Below are positions 52,225 through 64,000 of a DNA stretch of 64,000 nucleotides, piece after piece; the first letter of the stretch is position 1; each line of letters opens with the position of its first letter. Source of the DNA: Octopus sinensis (taxonomy: Eukaryota); the NCBI RefSeq assembly GCF_006345805.1, contig NC_043011.1, forward strand, positions 45,520,464 to 45,584,463, given 5' to 3'. Below the pieces are notes generated by a model. That model was not told where the DNA came from, searched no databases, and saw only the letters and a program-made list of their open reading frames with translations. The translations under genes and the position numbers were made by a program.

Positions 52225-52930
52225 ATGGATGGATTCTTAGAACTTTTAGAACAAGAGACCAGGAAACATGATGGTCCTCTGGAAGACACTTGTCCTAAGC
52301 CACATTGACTATTGCTCTCAGCAATGGTCACCAGCCAGTGTCAAATTAATCTCAGAACTTGAGGCAATCCAACGAAGCTACACGAAGATAGCCTCTATGC
52401 AGCATATAAGCTATTGGGAAAGACTCAAGAGATTAAGACTCTATTCCTTAGAGCGTAGGCGAGAAAGATATGCCATAATATACATCTGGAAGATCCTGGA
52501 GGCACTTGTCCCAAACTTTGGCATCGAGGGTTACACAAATACTAGAACTGGGCGCCACTGCATAGTGCCAAGGACTCAAAATTTGCCATCAAGATGTACG
52601 ACAAGATACTACAATAGCCTGGGCTTCAGAGGTCCACAGCTCTTCAATATCCTCCCGAAGGACCTGAGAGACCTGCATGGGGTGGATGTAGGTGTCTTCA
52701 AAATAAAGCTGGACCTCTTCCTGTCAGGTGTCCCAGATGAACCAGCCTCGTGGCAGGAGGTGCGGATGAGGGCAGCTGCATCAAACTCTCTCATGCACCA
52801 AATGTAAATTCCTAAAAGGCATTCGTGAAGTAAAATTATGTAGCAACACCAAATAGCGGTGCCCCAGTATGGCCACAGCTCGTGAGCTGAAACTAGATAA
52901 AATATAATAAATAAATAAATAAATAAAATA
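52225..52930 (+). mobile_element. CR1/L2-group LINE 3' fragment
   Basis: ORF 52268-52807: LVLSHIDYCSQQWSP...ELEAIQRSYT...YWERLKRLRLYSLERRR; A-rich tail. Confidence 0.9.
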
Positions 52931-53619
52931 AAACACGCATTATCACATACATTATATACACAAGCATTATCGCGCATACATTATACACACGCACACACAC
53001 ACACATACGACGGGCTTCGTTCAGTTTCCGTCTACCAAATCCACTCACAAGGCTTTATTCGCCTCGTGGCTACAGTAGAAGACAGTTGCCCAAGATGCCA
53101 TGCAGCGGGACTGAACCCGAAATCATGTGGTTGGGAAGCAAACCTCTTACCACACAGCCACGGCTGCGGCGCCTATGTATACAAATTGATTACGCGTCAG
53201 CGAAGAAATTTCTTGCTAGTCAATGGATTAACTAGAAATAGCAACCAAATCTCGCTTGAATCGGACCCTAGTATCTTTAAAGACGAAGAACACAGATTCT
53301 ATCATCCAAGATGGACTGGTTAATGTCTTGAATAGAAGACAAAATTGGAGTTACGTCTGGATCAACTTTAAGCAATCTGATCGTTTAGGGCTGATCTGCA
53401 GTCTACAAACAACAACGGGATGAAGGAAGAACACATTGGATAATGTAATGCTAGATACAGTTGATGAAATAAAGACAGGTTAGGCAGGGCTGGAACGCAT
53501 TTGTTAAAATGTTTGGTCCATAAAAAGCAAACCAAGGTTTACGAAACATTCAAATAATAGGAAACTTCTATCTTCATAAGAATAATGCAAGGGAAATAAC
53601 CCTCAGCAACTAAGGAAGC

Positions 53620-54410
53620 GCGGTTATTTCCCTTGTCCCATAAACTCGATAAACGCTCGTTCGGACGTACTATGGCTTCTGATTATCATTAACGCCCACA
53701 AAGGGCGACACCATTGGAACAGCGTTGTCTGTGGCTGAACTGCCCGATGTGCGAATGGCAGTCTTTTCCATTCCACACAAGCCTCATTTATCCCGGCGTT
53801 GTTTAAGGCGAAGTGTTTTTGGCTATGGATCAGTCTTTCTTCTGATGTATTCGTAAGTCTCTCCTGCAAATGGCGTTCGATGAAGAACCAAAGTCCGAGC
53901 GGTTTGGTGAAGAAGGCAGGTTGATTGCCCCAGCAGCGTGTCTCCACTCTTCGCGTAACTGACGGAGCCAAAAGAACAAACGGTACCACTTAAGAACAGT
54001 GGTCCCTGTGCGCGCACTCGCTAGCTAGTCGATCCTTACTTTGAGTTTTTGTTTTATTTACTTTGAGTAAAAAACTTATTTTGTGTTTTATTTACTTTGC
54101 TAGGTAGTCGTTGTAAGATCGACTAGTCACGACTAGCTAACGCGGATGCGCGCACCGGGACCACTGTTCTTAAGTAGAACCAGAACAAACAGCATGGCCA
54201 TCACAATTTGGTACCAGCGCTGTCGCAGAAGCTGCCGCATCTAGACTATAGACAATAAAGGGCTCCGACTCTCGATTGTTCCTCTGAGTTTACTCCCAAA
54301 ACTTTCCCATGGATAAGATCGTAAGACAGCGGAGGTTTGGAATCCGGGTTTTCCTTCTCCTTGATGGCAACCCCCTTCCCCCGGCTATCGAACATCATCT
54401 GACTGACTGG
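53620..54410 (-). mobile_element. Very old RTE-like 5' UTR / endonuclease remnant
   Basis: Motif aggagaaggaaaaccc on the minus strand at ~54345-54362; only weak APE similarity downstream. Confidence 0.4.
53994..54169. mobile_element. TTAA-flanked MITE, Kolobok-like
   Basis: TTAA|gaacagtggtccc...gggaccactgttc|TTAA with ~50 bp imperfect TIRs and purine-purine termini. Confidence 0.7.
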
Positions 54411-54724
54411 TTTGCTAAATAACCCATTTGCTGGGACCCTGGCTGGTGCTTCTACTTCGGGTTAGAGTAACTCTGGAAATAATCCTATGCTCTCTTTTGA
54501 GCTAAAATCATTTGCTGCGTTTAAAACTGAAACAACATCCTGTAACTAACCCTAAACCTCCCCCCCCTAACCCTAACCCTAAAGAGCAAGGTGATCCAAG
54601 TAAGACATCTTGGTCATCCACTTCATCCATCTTACAATCCCTGGTCATCTTGACCTGGTTTTGCCACTGGATTGAAGAGGATCATATTTGAGAGAGTGAA
54701 GAGGATGATACATAACTCTTCTTA

Positions 54725-55087
54725 AGGCGGCGAGCTGGCAGAAACGTTAACACACCGGGTAAAATGCTTAGCGGTATTTCGTCTACCGTTACGTTGTGAG
54801 TTCAAATTCTGCCGAGGTCGACTTTGCCTTTCATCCTTTCGGGGTCGATAAATTAAGTACCAGCTACGCACTGGGGTCGATGTAATCGACTTAATACCTA
54901 TGTCTGTCCTTGTTTGTCCCCTCTGTGTTTAGCCCCTTGTGGGTAATAAAGAAATAGGTACTTAATATATCGACTCCGAAAGGATAAAAGGCAAAGTCAA
55001 CCTCGGCGGAATTCGAACTCACAACGGCAGACGAATTACGGCTACACATTTCGCCCGGCGTGCTAACGGTTCTGCCAGCTCGCCGCC
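54725..55087. mobile_element. Two SINE B copies fused in inverted orientation
   Basis: Plus copy at 54725-54956 joined at gaaata|ggtacttaat to a minus-strand 5' half. Confidence 0.85.
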
Positions 55088-55576
55088 TGTGCTATAACGC
55101 TGCACAATGTACGTTCGATTATTTTTACCTCAGTAATAATTTTTTTGTTTATTTATCTTTCCCAGAAGGATAAAAATCACAGTTGACTTCGGTGACATTT
55201 GAAATCAGAACATAAATACCCATAAGGAAATCCTACAGGAATTTCTCAGACGTTTTGTCAATTCTGCCAAGACTTGAAAAACAAAATGTAACCCATAATA
55301 GAAAAGTGTGTTGGACGGGAGATAACTCCATTGTTAGTTATTTCCCTTTGTATGTAAATGTTTCATTTTAGCGAATTCGCGTGGGTGCTTCTATGAAATC
55401 TTTCAAAATGCGAGACATGATCGTCAAATATCTGTCAAAGCATACTTTGCTGTAAGAAATATGTAAGGGCACTTTGGTTAATGTAGTCCAAGGTACATTA
55501 TTCTTAAATAGACAACGTTATAGTCACAGCTGTGAAAATATTATGAATCTATCATCAATGAGGATAGATTTAACGA

Positions 55577-55626
55577 TAGTGGTTAAGAGCGCGATCTACT
55601 AACCCCAAGACTCCGAGTTCGATTCC
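55577..55626 (+). promoter_or_regulatory. tRNA-like Pol III A/B boxes
   Basis: tagtggttaagagc...gagttcgattcc at tRNA spacing. Confidence 0.65.
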
Positions 55627-55635
55627 GGGCAGTGA

Positions 55636-55673
<38 letters not shown>

Positions 55674-55720
55674 TCGAAAAATACCTTGGGAATGAGAGCC
55701 CAGGTTCGAAATTTCCCCAA

Positions 55721-55766
55721 GACACCTGATGAAGGCTGGAGGGTATATCAGCCGAAATGTTGTGTT
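55721..55766 (+). ncRNA. Minimal type-I hammerhead ribozyme
   Basis: GACAC-CTGATGA-a-GGCTG-gagggtatat-CAGCC-GAAA-t-GTT-GTGTT. Confidence 0.75.
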
Positions 55767-58479
55767 AACAACAAACAAGATGAGGACAAATATCAGCCAA
55801 ATGTAAATAATGTAAAAAAAAATAGTGAATCCATTTCTCACTTTTGAAATATTTATGGAAAATGTGTTTGGCTAAAACCAATAGATCGATATTAGGTTTT
55901 GCTATTGATAATAATTATTTCAGTGACCCTAGTGTCCTATGTGGTTGGATGGTGAAGTCTCAAAGCAAAAAGAGATGTAGCTAAATTCCTATTGTATCAG
56001 AGAACCCTTGAATTATATAACGACTTCTAAAAGTGACCCAGAGGTTATTTAAGGTCGGTGGGGTCACAGAAGAAAAACAGAACCTCTGCAATTTTTTTTG
56101 ACCTCACTGCCCACAATGATGAATATCTAATTCACCTGTAGCAGGTCCCAGAACGTAAACAAAACGTAAATACTGCTAGGCATTTTGCTGTCGCTTGTTA
56201 ACAAAGGCGTTGTTGTGTGGGGAAGGAGTCTACTTCACTACTCCATTGTTTTGATTTCAATCCCAGTGTGAGGTACCCCAAGCAATTTTTTTTTCTTCTA
56301 TACCCAAAATCTTATCAGTGAAATTCGCTAAAGAGAAACTGTATGAAATCCCTTTTAGAGCGCTTTGTTCCTGTTGCTGACAGATGAACTTAAATCAATC
56401 ACCCTGTTTAACACCCCTATTTGGTCCCTTGGGTGCCAATAGTGGAATCAGCTCTACTGTAAGCATTCAGGTTCGAAGATTGTGACTGATGACAAATGAC
56501 TGATAACTATCCTCCTTTGCCTAACTTTTGTAAAAAAAAACAAAACAAAATGTATAAAATAATTCCATTAAATGCAACCTCCCCCATCCATATGACACTT
56601 CCTTCCCCAACATGATAACCAATTTTCTCATCATTGTCATCATCATCATCATCGTTGTCTTTTTCTTCTTCCAATCAGGACTCTCGCCATTAGCCACAAA
56701 GAATAATCTCTAATTTGAGCCCACTTTAAGCTACTAAGAATGCGTGTGGCAACTTGAAGATCCACCCACCACACGCAATAGACTGGCGGTGACATGACGC
56801 AAAGCTATATAGTTATCCTCATTCGGTAAACGGTGGCTTTTAACGGGTGGAGAGCTTAACCATCCTTGGGTACAGAGGATTCGCAATCTAGACTAGGGTC
56901 TGAAAGTTTACCACACCATAGTGGGTTACACTATGGTTCCTCTGCTTTGTGGCAGAAGTAGGAAGAAAGAGTGAGAGAAAGCTGTGGTGAAAGAGTACAG
57001 TGGGGTTCACCACTACACCCCGCTGGAGCCTCGTGGAGCTCAGGTGTTTTTGCTCAATAAACACTCACAATGCCCGGGCCGGGAATCGAAACCGCATTCT
57101 TACGACCGCGAGTCTGCTGCCCTAACCACTGGGCCATTGCGCCTCCACTTGTCATTGCTGTTGTCATTGTCGTCGTCGTTGACATCATTACCACATCATC
57201 ATCAACATGTCCTTCCTGTGACCTACCCTCACTGGATATTCCTTTCCTGGAAGATCGGAAATAAAGGACACCACACCACCAGCCTTATATGACAGTGGCG
57301 CACGTTTACAACTATTGTGCAATGTTAAAACAAAGGGGCAAAGAGAAACATCCACAAAAACCATACGTAAATTCATATACAAAATATGAAAGGCTTCTTT
57401 CAGTTTCCAAATCCATTCACAAAGCTTAGGTCAGCTCAAGATGCCATGCAGTGGGACTGAACCCAAAACCAAGTTGTTGGGAGGCAAACTTTTTAACCAT
57501 ACGGCTATACCTGTATTTGTGTGTGTGTACATACACATATATTTATGTCTCACTCTATATATATTATATATATGAGTGAGAGAGAGAGAGAGAAAGAGGT
57601 GGGGGTGAGAAATATATGTATAATTACACAAAAACATGTGAACCTAGTGTATAAAACAAAATCTTTTCTACAGGAGGCACAAGGCCCGGAATTTTGGGGG
57701 ATAGGGGCCAGTCAATAAGATTGGCTCCAGTACGCAACTGGTACTTAATTTATCGAACTTGAAAGGATGAAAGATCTCAGTGGAATTTGAACTCAGAATG
57801 TAAAGACACTCTTTTTACTTGTTTCAGTCATTTGACTGTGGCCATGCTGGAACACCACCTTTAGTCAAACAAATCGACCTCAGGACTTATTCTTTGTAAG
57901 CCTAGTACTTATTATATCAGTCTGTTTTGCTGAACCGCTAAGTTACGGGACGTAAACTCACCAACATTGGTTGTCAAGCGATGTTGTGGGGGGCAAAAAC
58001 AGACACACACACATATATATATATATATACGATGGGCTTCTTTCAGTTTCCGTCTACCAAATCCACTCACACGGCTTTGGTCGGCCTGAGGCTAGAGTAG
58101 AAGACACTTGCCCAAGGTACCACGCAGTGGGACTGAACCCAGAACCATGTGGTTGGTAAGCAAGCTACTCACCACACAGCCACTAAGCATTTCGCCCAGT
58201 TCACCAATGTTTCTGCCAGCACGCTGTCTTCAAGTGTATGACACAGAATGTGACAAGATCAGACTTTGAATTACATGTACAATTCACTTTGCCAACTGAG
58301 TGCACTGGAGTAATGTGAAATAAAGTGTCTTGCTCAAGGACACAACGTGCCGCCAAGAATCGACCTCATGACTTCATGATTGTGAACTAAATACCTTAAC
58401 CACCAAGCCATGCACCTTCACAATATATATATATATATTATATATAACCAAGAAGAAAGCAACAAGAATGGATCAGTAG

Positions 58480-58566
58480 TTTAGTACAATTGTTTCATAC
58501 TATAAACATTTTATTTCAAGCTGCAAATATTACAGCAAATATAATGTCAAGTATTCTTCAGCTAAA
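58480..58566 (-). ncRNA. Hammerhead ribozyme, intact core with long loop II
   Basis: TTTAG-CTGAAGA-ATACT-(48 nt)-AGTAT-GAAA-C-aatt-GTA-CTAAA, in a (TA)n-flanked island at ~58447-58792. Confidence 0.8.
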
Positions 58567-59860
58567 TTTCATATAGGTTTTCCAAACATCTTAGAGAGTG
58601 TGAATATCCTTATGAAGTTATAGGAGTGAGTTCCATGAATTTGAAGTAATATTCCAAGCAGACTATATATGTTTTCCAATAATACAAAGTTTTCAAATTA
58701 ATTATTGACATCCCAGAAAAGATAAATCTACTCATAAAGATGTGGATATAAGTTCCAAGAAACATGAGGAGAGATGCCGGTCAGACTACGGTTATATATA
58801 TTATATATATGTGTTATACAACAACAAAAGGAAAATAATTATACAATTACCCCCAAGAATAAAACAAAACACACAGGGTCTTTCGACTATCAGACAAGTG
58901 TATGTGTGTGTGTGTGCTCACGTCTGTATGTGTGTATACATTCATATGTATGCATGTTTGTGTTTGTGTGGGTGTGTGACAGAAAGAGAGATGACTTTGA
59001 TGGGCTTATTACAGCTCTAAAATTTTTTTATTTCTTTCCCTATTTTAAAACTAATTATATTAATGTTAAATTAACTTTTAATAAATTAACCCTTTCAAAA
59101 CTAACCTGACAGAAACCAATTTTATTAAAATGTTGTTCAAATCCAAATTCAAATCTTAGACTGGAATCTCATTAATACATGAAAGACTATATGAAATTCC
59201 AACAAATAAACATTTGACTTTCATTTAAGTAAATTATTACACTAAACATCTCGTTATCCTTCATTAACCTCCTTGGCATACTATTTTTTTTTTGTCATTA
59301 ATTATGTAAAATTGAGAGAAGATAAGTGATCCTGTCTCCATCAACATATTATGAGCAATCAACAAGACTCCCAGTGTCATTGTAACCTTGTGTTTTAATT
59401 ACACCAGGTTAATTAATCCCAGCAATCAAAGTTGACACCTTATACCATCAACTCCTCTTCCCACTTCTTTATATGGTGACCTTAACAATAACGATGTCCA
59501 TCTCATTATTTCCTTAATGTCATCGCAGTGACATAGATGTGATGTAATTCTCTTCGTTATATGACTTAATAAATTAAATCAATTTCAATTTTTTAAATAT
59601 CCTCCAATCAGAAACAGCTACCTAGTCTACTGAAACAGGCACAATGGATAACAAAGTAGCATAGAAACAGACTTGTCGTGTAACGCAACAACTTTGTAAT
59701 TATGTGGTTTTGGGTTCAATACCACTAGGTGATACCTTGGGCCAGTGGTTTCCGCAATAGCTTTGCACCAGCCCAATTTTGTGTTTGAAATTTGGCAGAA
59801 GGAAAACGTTTGGAATCTTGTTGGGATGAAACTCATGTTATTGTTGAGTGATGGACTTAA

Positions 59861-60080
59861 CCCTTTCGTTACCAACCCAGCTGAAACCAGCTCTGGCCCT
59901 GAGTACAAACATCTTGTTTTCATAAGTTTTGAATTAAAATCTTCCATCAAACCTTAGTCACAATTTACGTTTCTAACACTAACTGAATGATAACTAAGTT
60001 ATTTTACTAAATGCTTTGTCATATTTAAAGTAATTGAAAGAAACACAAAGCATCTCAAAATAAATACAGTAACGAAAGGG
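59861..60080. mobile_element. piggyBac-type MITE
   Basis: TTAA|ccctttcgttac...gtaacgaaaggg|TTAA. Confidence 0.92.
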
Positions 60081-60630
60081 TTAAATCCATCACCTAATTT
60101 AATCCTGCACTGCCACCCCAACCATTGATCCTTGGGTGCTCCTTAGTGGAGCCCACTGCATTGTGAGCATTCAGGACTTGTTTCTGTTTCAGAGATATTT
60201 TCCTCTCTTTTTTCTACCAGCCTTGGAGGCACAGAGGGTAGCATTGTCAATTTTGTCAATTTCAAAATTTTTGTCAATTTCGTCAATTTTGTCAACCCCT
60301 TTTGTCAATTTCGAAATCATTCAAAGGAAAAAAAAACTTTGTAACTCCAAATATCAGGTTTCACAATTTCTGATGATTTCTTGCTGTTCCCTCACAAGGT
60401 AACAAAAAAAAAAATTTTTTAAATAATAATTTCTTTTCTACTCTAGGCACAAGGGCCGACATTTTTGGGGAGGGTGTCAATCGATTAGATCGATCCCCAG
60501 AATGCAACTGATACTTAATTTATCGACCCTAAAGGGATGAAATGTAAAGTTGACCTCAGCGGAATTTGAACCCAGAACATAGCGGCAGACGAAATGCCAC
60601 GAAGCATTTCGCCTGGTACGCTAACATTTC

Positions 60631-60674
<44 letters not shown>

Positions 60675-61215
60675 TCTCCAAGATAAAGGATCCTCTTCAA
60701 CCTTAACTGCTAATGTTTGTCTGTAGATATCACCATTACAGTATTGCTTAAGGTGACAAACTGACTGAACAAAATGCTTAACAGTATTTCATCAATCTTT
60801 ATGTTCTGAGTTCAAATTCTGTCAAGGTCAAATATTTTCTTTCAGGGTCAATGAAATAAGTACCAGTCAAATACTGGTGTTGATGTAATCGACTATTCTC
60901 GCCCCGCCAAAATTGCTGGCCTTGTGCCTATTGTAGAAGAGATCATTAAAGTACTGCTTACATATCTGGGACAGTGCTGTATACACATACAGCTATGTAT
61001 ATATTATATTATATATATAAAAATTAGAAAAAAACCATCTTTTACCAATTCAATAATGAAAAATTAAATTATACCATTTAGAAAAATTACATATAGAAAG
61101 ATTAAATATAAGATAAAGCATATAACGATGATTAAGAAATGTGAAAAATAATAACTAAAACATATATTTATTATTATTATATTATTATACACAACACACA
61201 CCCACACACACACAT

Positions 61216-61248
<33 letters not shown>

Positions 61249-61691
61249 CTATACACTTTTACTTGTTTCAGTCATTTGACTGTGGCCATGCTGGAGCGCC
61301 GCCTTTAGTCGAGCAAACTGACCCCCGGACTTATTCTTTGGAAGCCTAGTACTTTTATTTCTAATCTATCGCTCTCTTTTGCCACACTGCTAAGCTATGG
61401 GGACAAACACAGACCACACAACACACACATCATAGATATATATAATTATATATATATATATTTCTTTACTGCCCAGAAGGGCTAAAACAGAGGGGACAAA
61501 CAAGGACAGACAAACGGATTAAGTCGATTATATCGACCCCAGTGTGTAACTGGTACTTATTTAATCGACCCCGAAAGGATGACAGGCAAAGTCGACCTTG
61601 CCGGAATTTGAACTCAGAGCGTAACGCGGCAGACGAAATACGGCTACGCATTTCCCCTGGTGTGCTAATGATTCTGCCAGCTCGCCGCCTT

Positions 61692-61771
<80 letters not shown>

Positions 61772-62136
61772 AATGCATACATATATACGATGACGGACTT
61801 CTTTCATTTCCGTCTACCAAATCCACTCACAAGGCTTTGGTTGGCCTGAGGTTATAGTAGAAGACATTTGCCCAAAGTGCCACGCAGTGGGAATGAACCC
61901 GGAACCATGTGGTTGGAAAGCAAGCTACTTACCACACAGCCACAATGAATTTAGGCAAAGATTAATACAAAGTATTTAATTTTATAAATATAATTATAAA
62001 ATTAAAATAAGGGCAACTAGTGAGTAATGCCACATGCTAGAAGAAGATGCCAAATGACTCTAAAACTAGCTTATCAATCACAGAGACATGGGCTGAAAGC
62101 AAGGGAATGAACAAAAAAGAATTTTTAGAAAGTTTA

Positions 62137-62194
62137 GCCATAGATCGATTTCTGGCTTAGGGATGTAATACCACTTTACCGTCCTTAGTATGAC
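62137..62194 (-). ncRNA. Degenerate hammerhead motif (G5A)
   Basis: GTCATA-CTAAGGA-cGGT...GCCa-GAAA-T-cg-ATC-TATGGC. Confidence 0.45.
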
Positions 62195-62776
62195 ATAACC
62201 AAAAGTACATGGTTATAAACATTTATATATACCATACGTACACAATGTAATCCACAGTGCATATACAAATGTTCACATATATACAAGTTAAATCTAGTTC
62301 TATCAATCTATCTGTCTGTCTATATATATGTATGTATGTAATTATGTATGAATGTATGTATCTATCTATATGTATATAATTAAGGGTTAAGCAACAAGTT
62401 GCTTCACCACATACCGAAAATTCAGAAATAGCAGCCAAAGACAGCTCATTCCTTTTTACTACAGATATGACTCCACAGATAACAATATTTGTAACTCACA
62501 CAGGCAAAAAGGAGAAAAAATAACGAAATCAAACAGTCTTCGATTAATTATGGATGCGTTTCTGGATTAGAATTATACAAATGATATATATGATATATAT
62601 ATATATATATATAGGCGCAGGAGTGGCTGTGTGGTAAGTAGCTTGCTTAACAACCACATGGTTCCGGATTCAGTCCCACTGCATGGCACTTTGGGCAAGT
62701 GTCTTCTACTATAGCCTTGGGCCGACCAAAGCCTTGTGAGTGGATTTGGTAGACAGAAACTGAAAGAAGCCCGTCA

Positions 62777-62807
<31 letters not shown>

Positions 62808-62984
62808 GTGTGTGTGATGCTGGTGTGTTTACGTCCCCGTAACTTAGCGGTTCGGCAAAGGGCCGATAGAATAAGTACTAGGCTTACAAAGAATAAGTCC
62901 TGGGGTCGATTTGTTCGACTAAAGGTGGTGCTCCAGCATGGCCACAGTCAAATGACTGAAACAAGTAAAAGAGTATGATATAAA

Positions 62985-63022
<38 letters not shown>

Positions 63023-63059
63023 GCACATATACACACACACAATCATATTCAAGCAAGTT

Positions 63060-63600
63060 TATATTTGTATGTGATATACCAAACATTATTCTTCAACACC
63101 ATGTTCTCAAAGAGTTGCTGCCATTCTCCATATTCTTTCAACATACCCATATCACACTCTCATCCAACGCAAGGAAGAATTACTAGTCTCATAGAATTGA
63201 ATATCTTAAACATTATATTGATTATGAAGAAAATTTATCAAATTTGTCCCAGTTCCCAGAATGTGCGCCAGGCTCACACTTTCACTAATTAACAGTCGAG
63301 ATCCCAAATATTGGAATTCATTGATCTTTTCTATTTTTTTTGCTATAAACTCCCAGGAAAATATTGGATTTCCGGTTGATGGAAATGTTCTGTCTTGACA
63401 CCATTAACAATAATAAGGCCAAGGTCTTTTACTGTGGAAGTAGTTCTTGCTAATGGAGGAACACATTCTCCTGTTGACTCTAGAAGACTGATGCCGTGGT
63501 TAAACTTGGCATCGTCTGGGTGTATTTCTGGATGTTGTTACGACAGCCTTGGATGGGATGATAAAGCCAAAGTCTGAACTATCCACTGTTTGCTCCAAGA
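63060..63600 (-). mobile_element. Degenerate RTE-like reverse transcriptase remnant
   Basis: VKDLGLII...KTE and IEKINEFQYLGS, with stops and frameshifts. Confidence 0.6.
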
Positions 63601-64000
63601 GTTAGTCAATGGTTACGAGGAAGCGGAATGGAGCAAAAGGATTAAGATTATGCTTGTGATTGTCTCTGGCCTACAAGTGAACAAAAATGATGATGATGAT
63701 GATGAAGGACACTGGTGGTGGTGTTGAAGTTCCTTCAAGATATTGCATTCAAATTTTGGTACAAGGCCATCAATTTCCGGAAATGGGATAAGTTGATTAT
63801 ATTGACCCCACCCAGGGATCAACTGGTACTTACTTTATTGACCCTGAAGGGATGAAAAGCAAAGTCGATCTCAGCAGCATTTAAATTCATGATGTACAGT
63901 TTGGAGAAATGCCACAAGCATTTTGTCTAATGCAATAACGATTCTTTTCTACTCTAGGCATAAAGCCCAAAATATTTGAGGATCGGGTGGTGGGGAGGGC

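Noticed and set aside
54545-54582. Telomeric (TAACCC)n
   Set aside because: Only two to three interrupted units.

Overview
Animal genomic DNA, AT-rich and saturated with microsatellites ((TA)n, (CA)n, (TATG)n, (TATC)n, (TTA)n). The SINE structure and repeat load suggest an octopus or other coleoid cephalopod, but this is inference only. I found no convincing host protein-coding gene; almost all short ORFs in the track are translated microsatellites or SINEs. The window is a nested stack of mobile DNA: Tx1/L1-clade, R4/Dong, CR1-group and RTE LINE fragments, a Neptune-type Penelope-like element (PLE), Tc1/mariner remnants, hAT/piggyBac/Kolobok-like MITEs, a Helitron end, at least six tRNA-derived or tailed SINE-like families, and a truncated U2 snRNA copy. 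The main non-obvious signals are: (1) about ten minimal type-I hammerhead ribozyme motifs, several with a U3-A8 covariant core, one in the PLE 3' end, most in (TA)n-flanked islands or fold-backs, and one downstream of Pol III A/B boxes; (2) two SINE-LINE partnerships visible from shared 3' tails, including a Nin-domain SINE carrying a Tx1-type tail; (3) chains of elements strung on (TTA/TAA)n and (TA)n tracts that the elements themselves supply. All calls were made by eye, so the boundaries of degraded copies are approximate.
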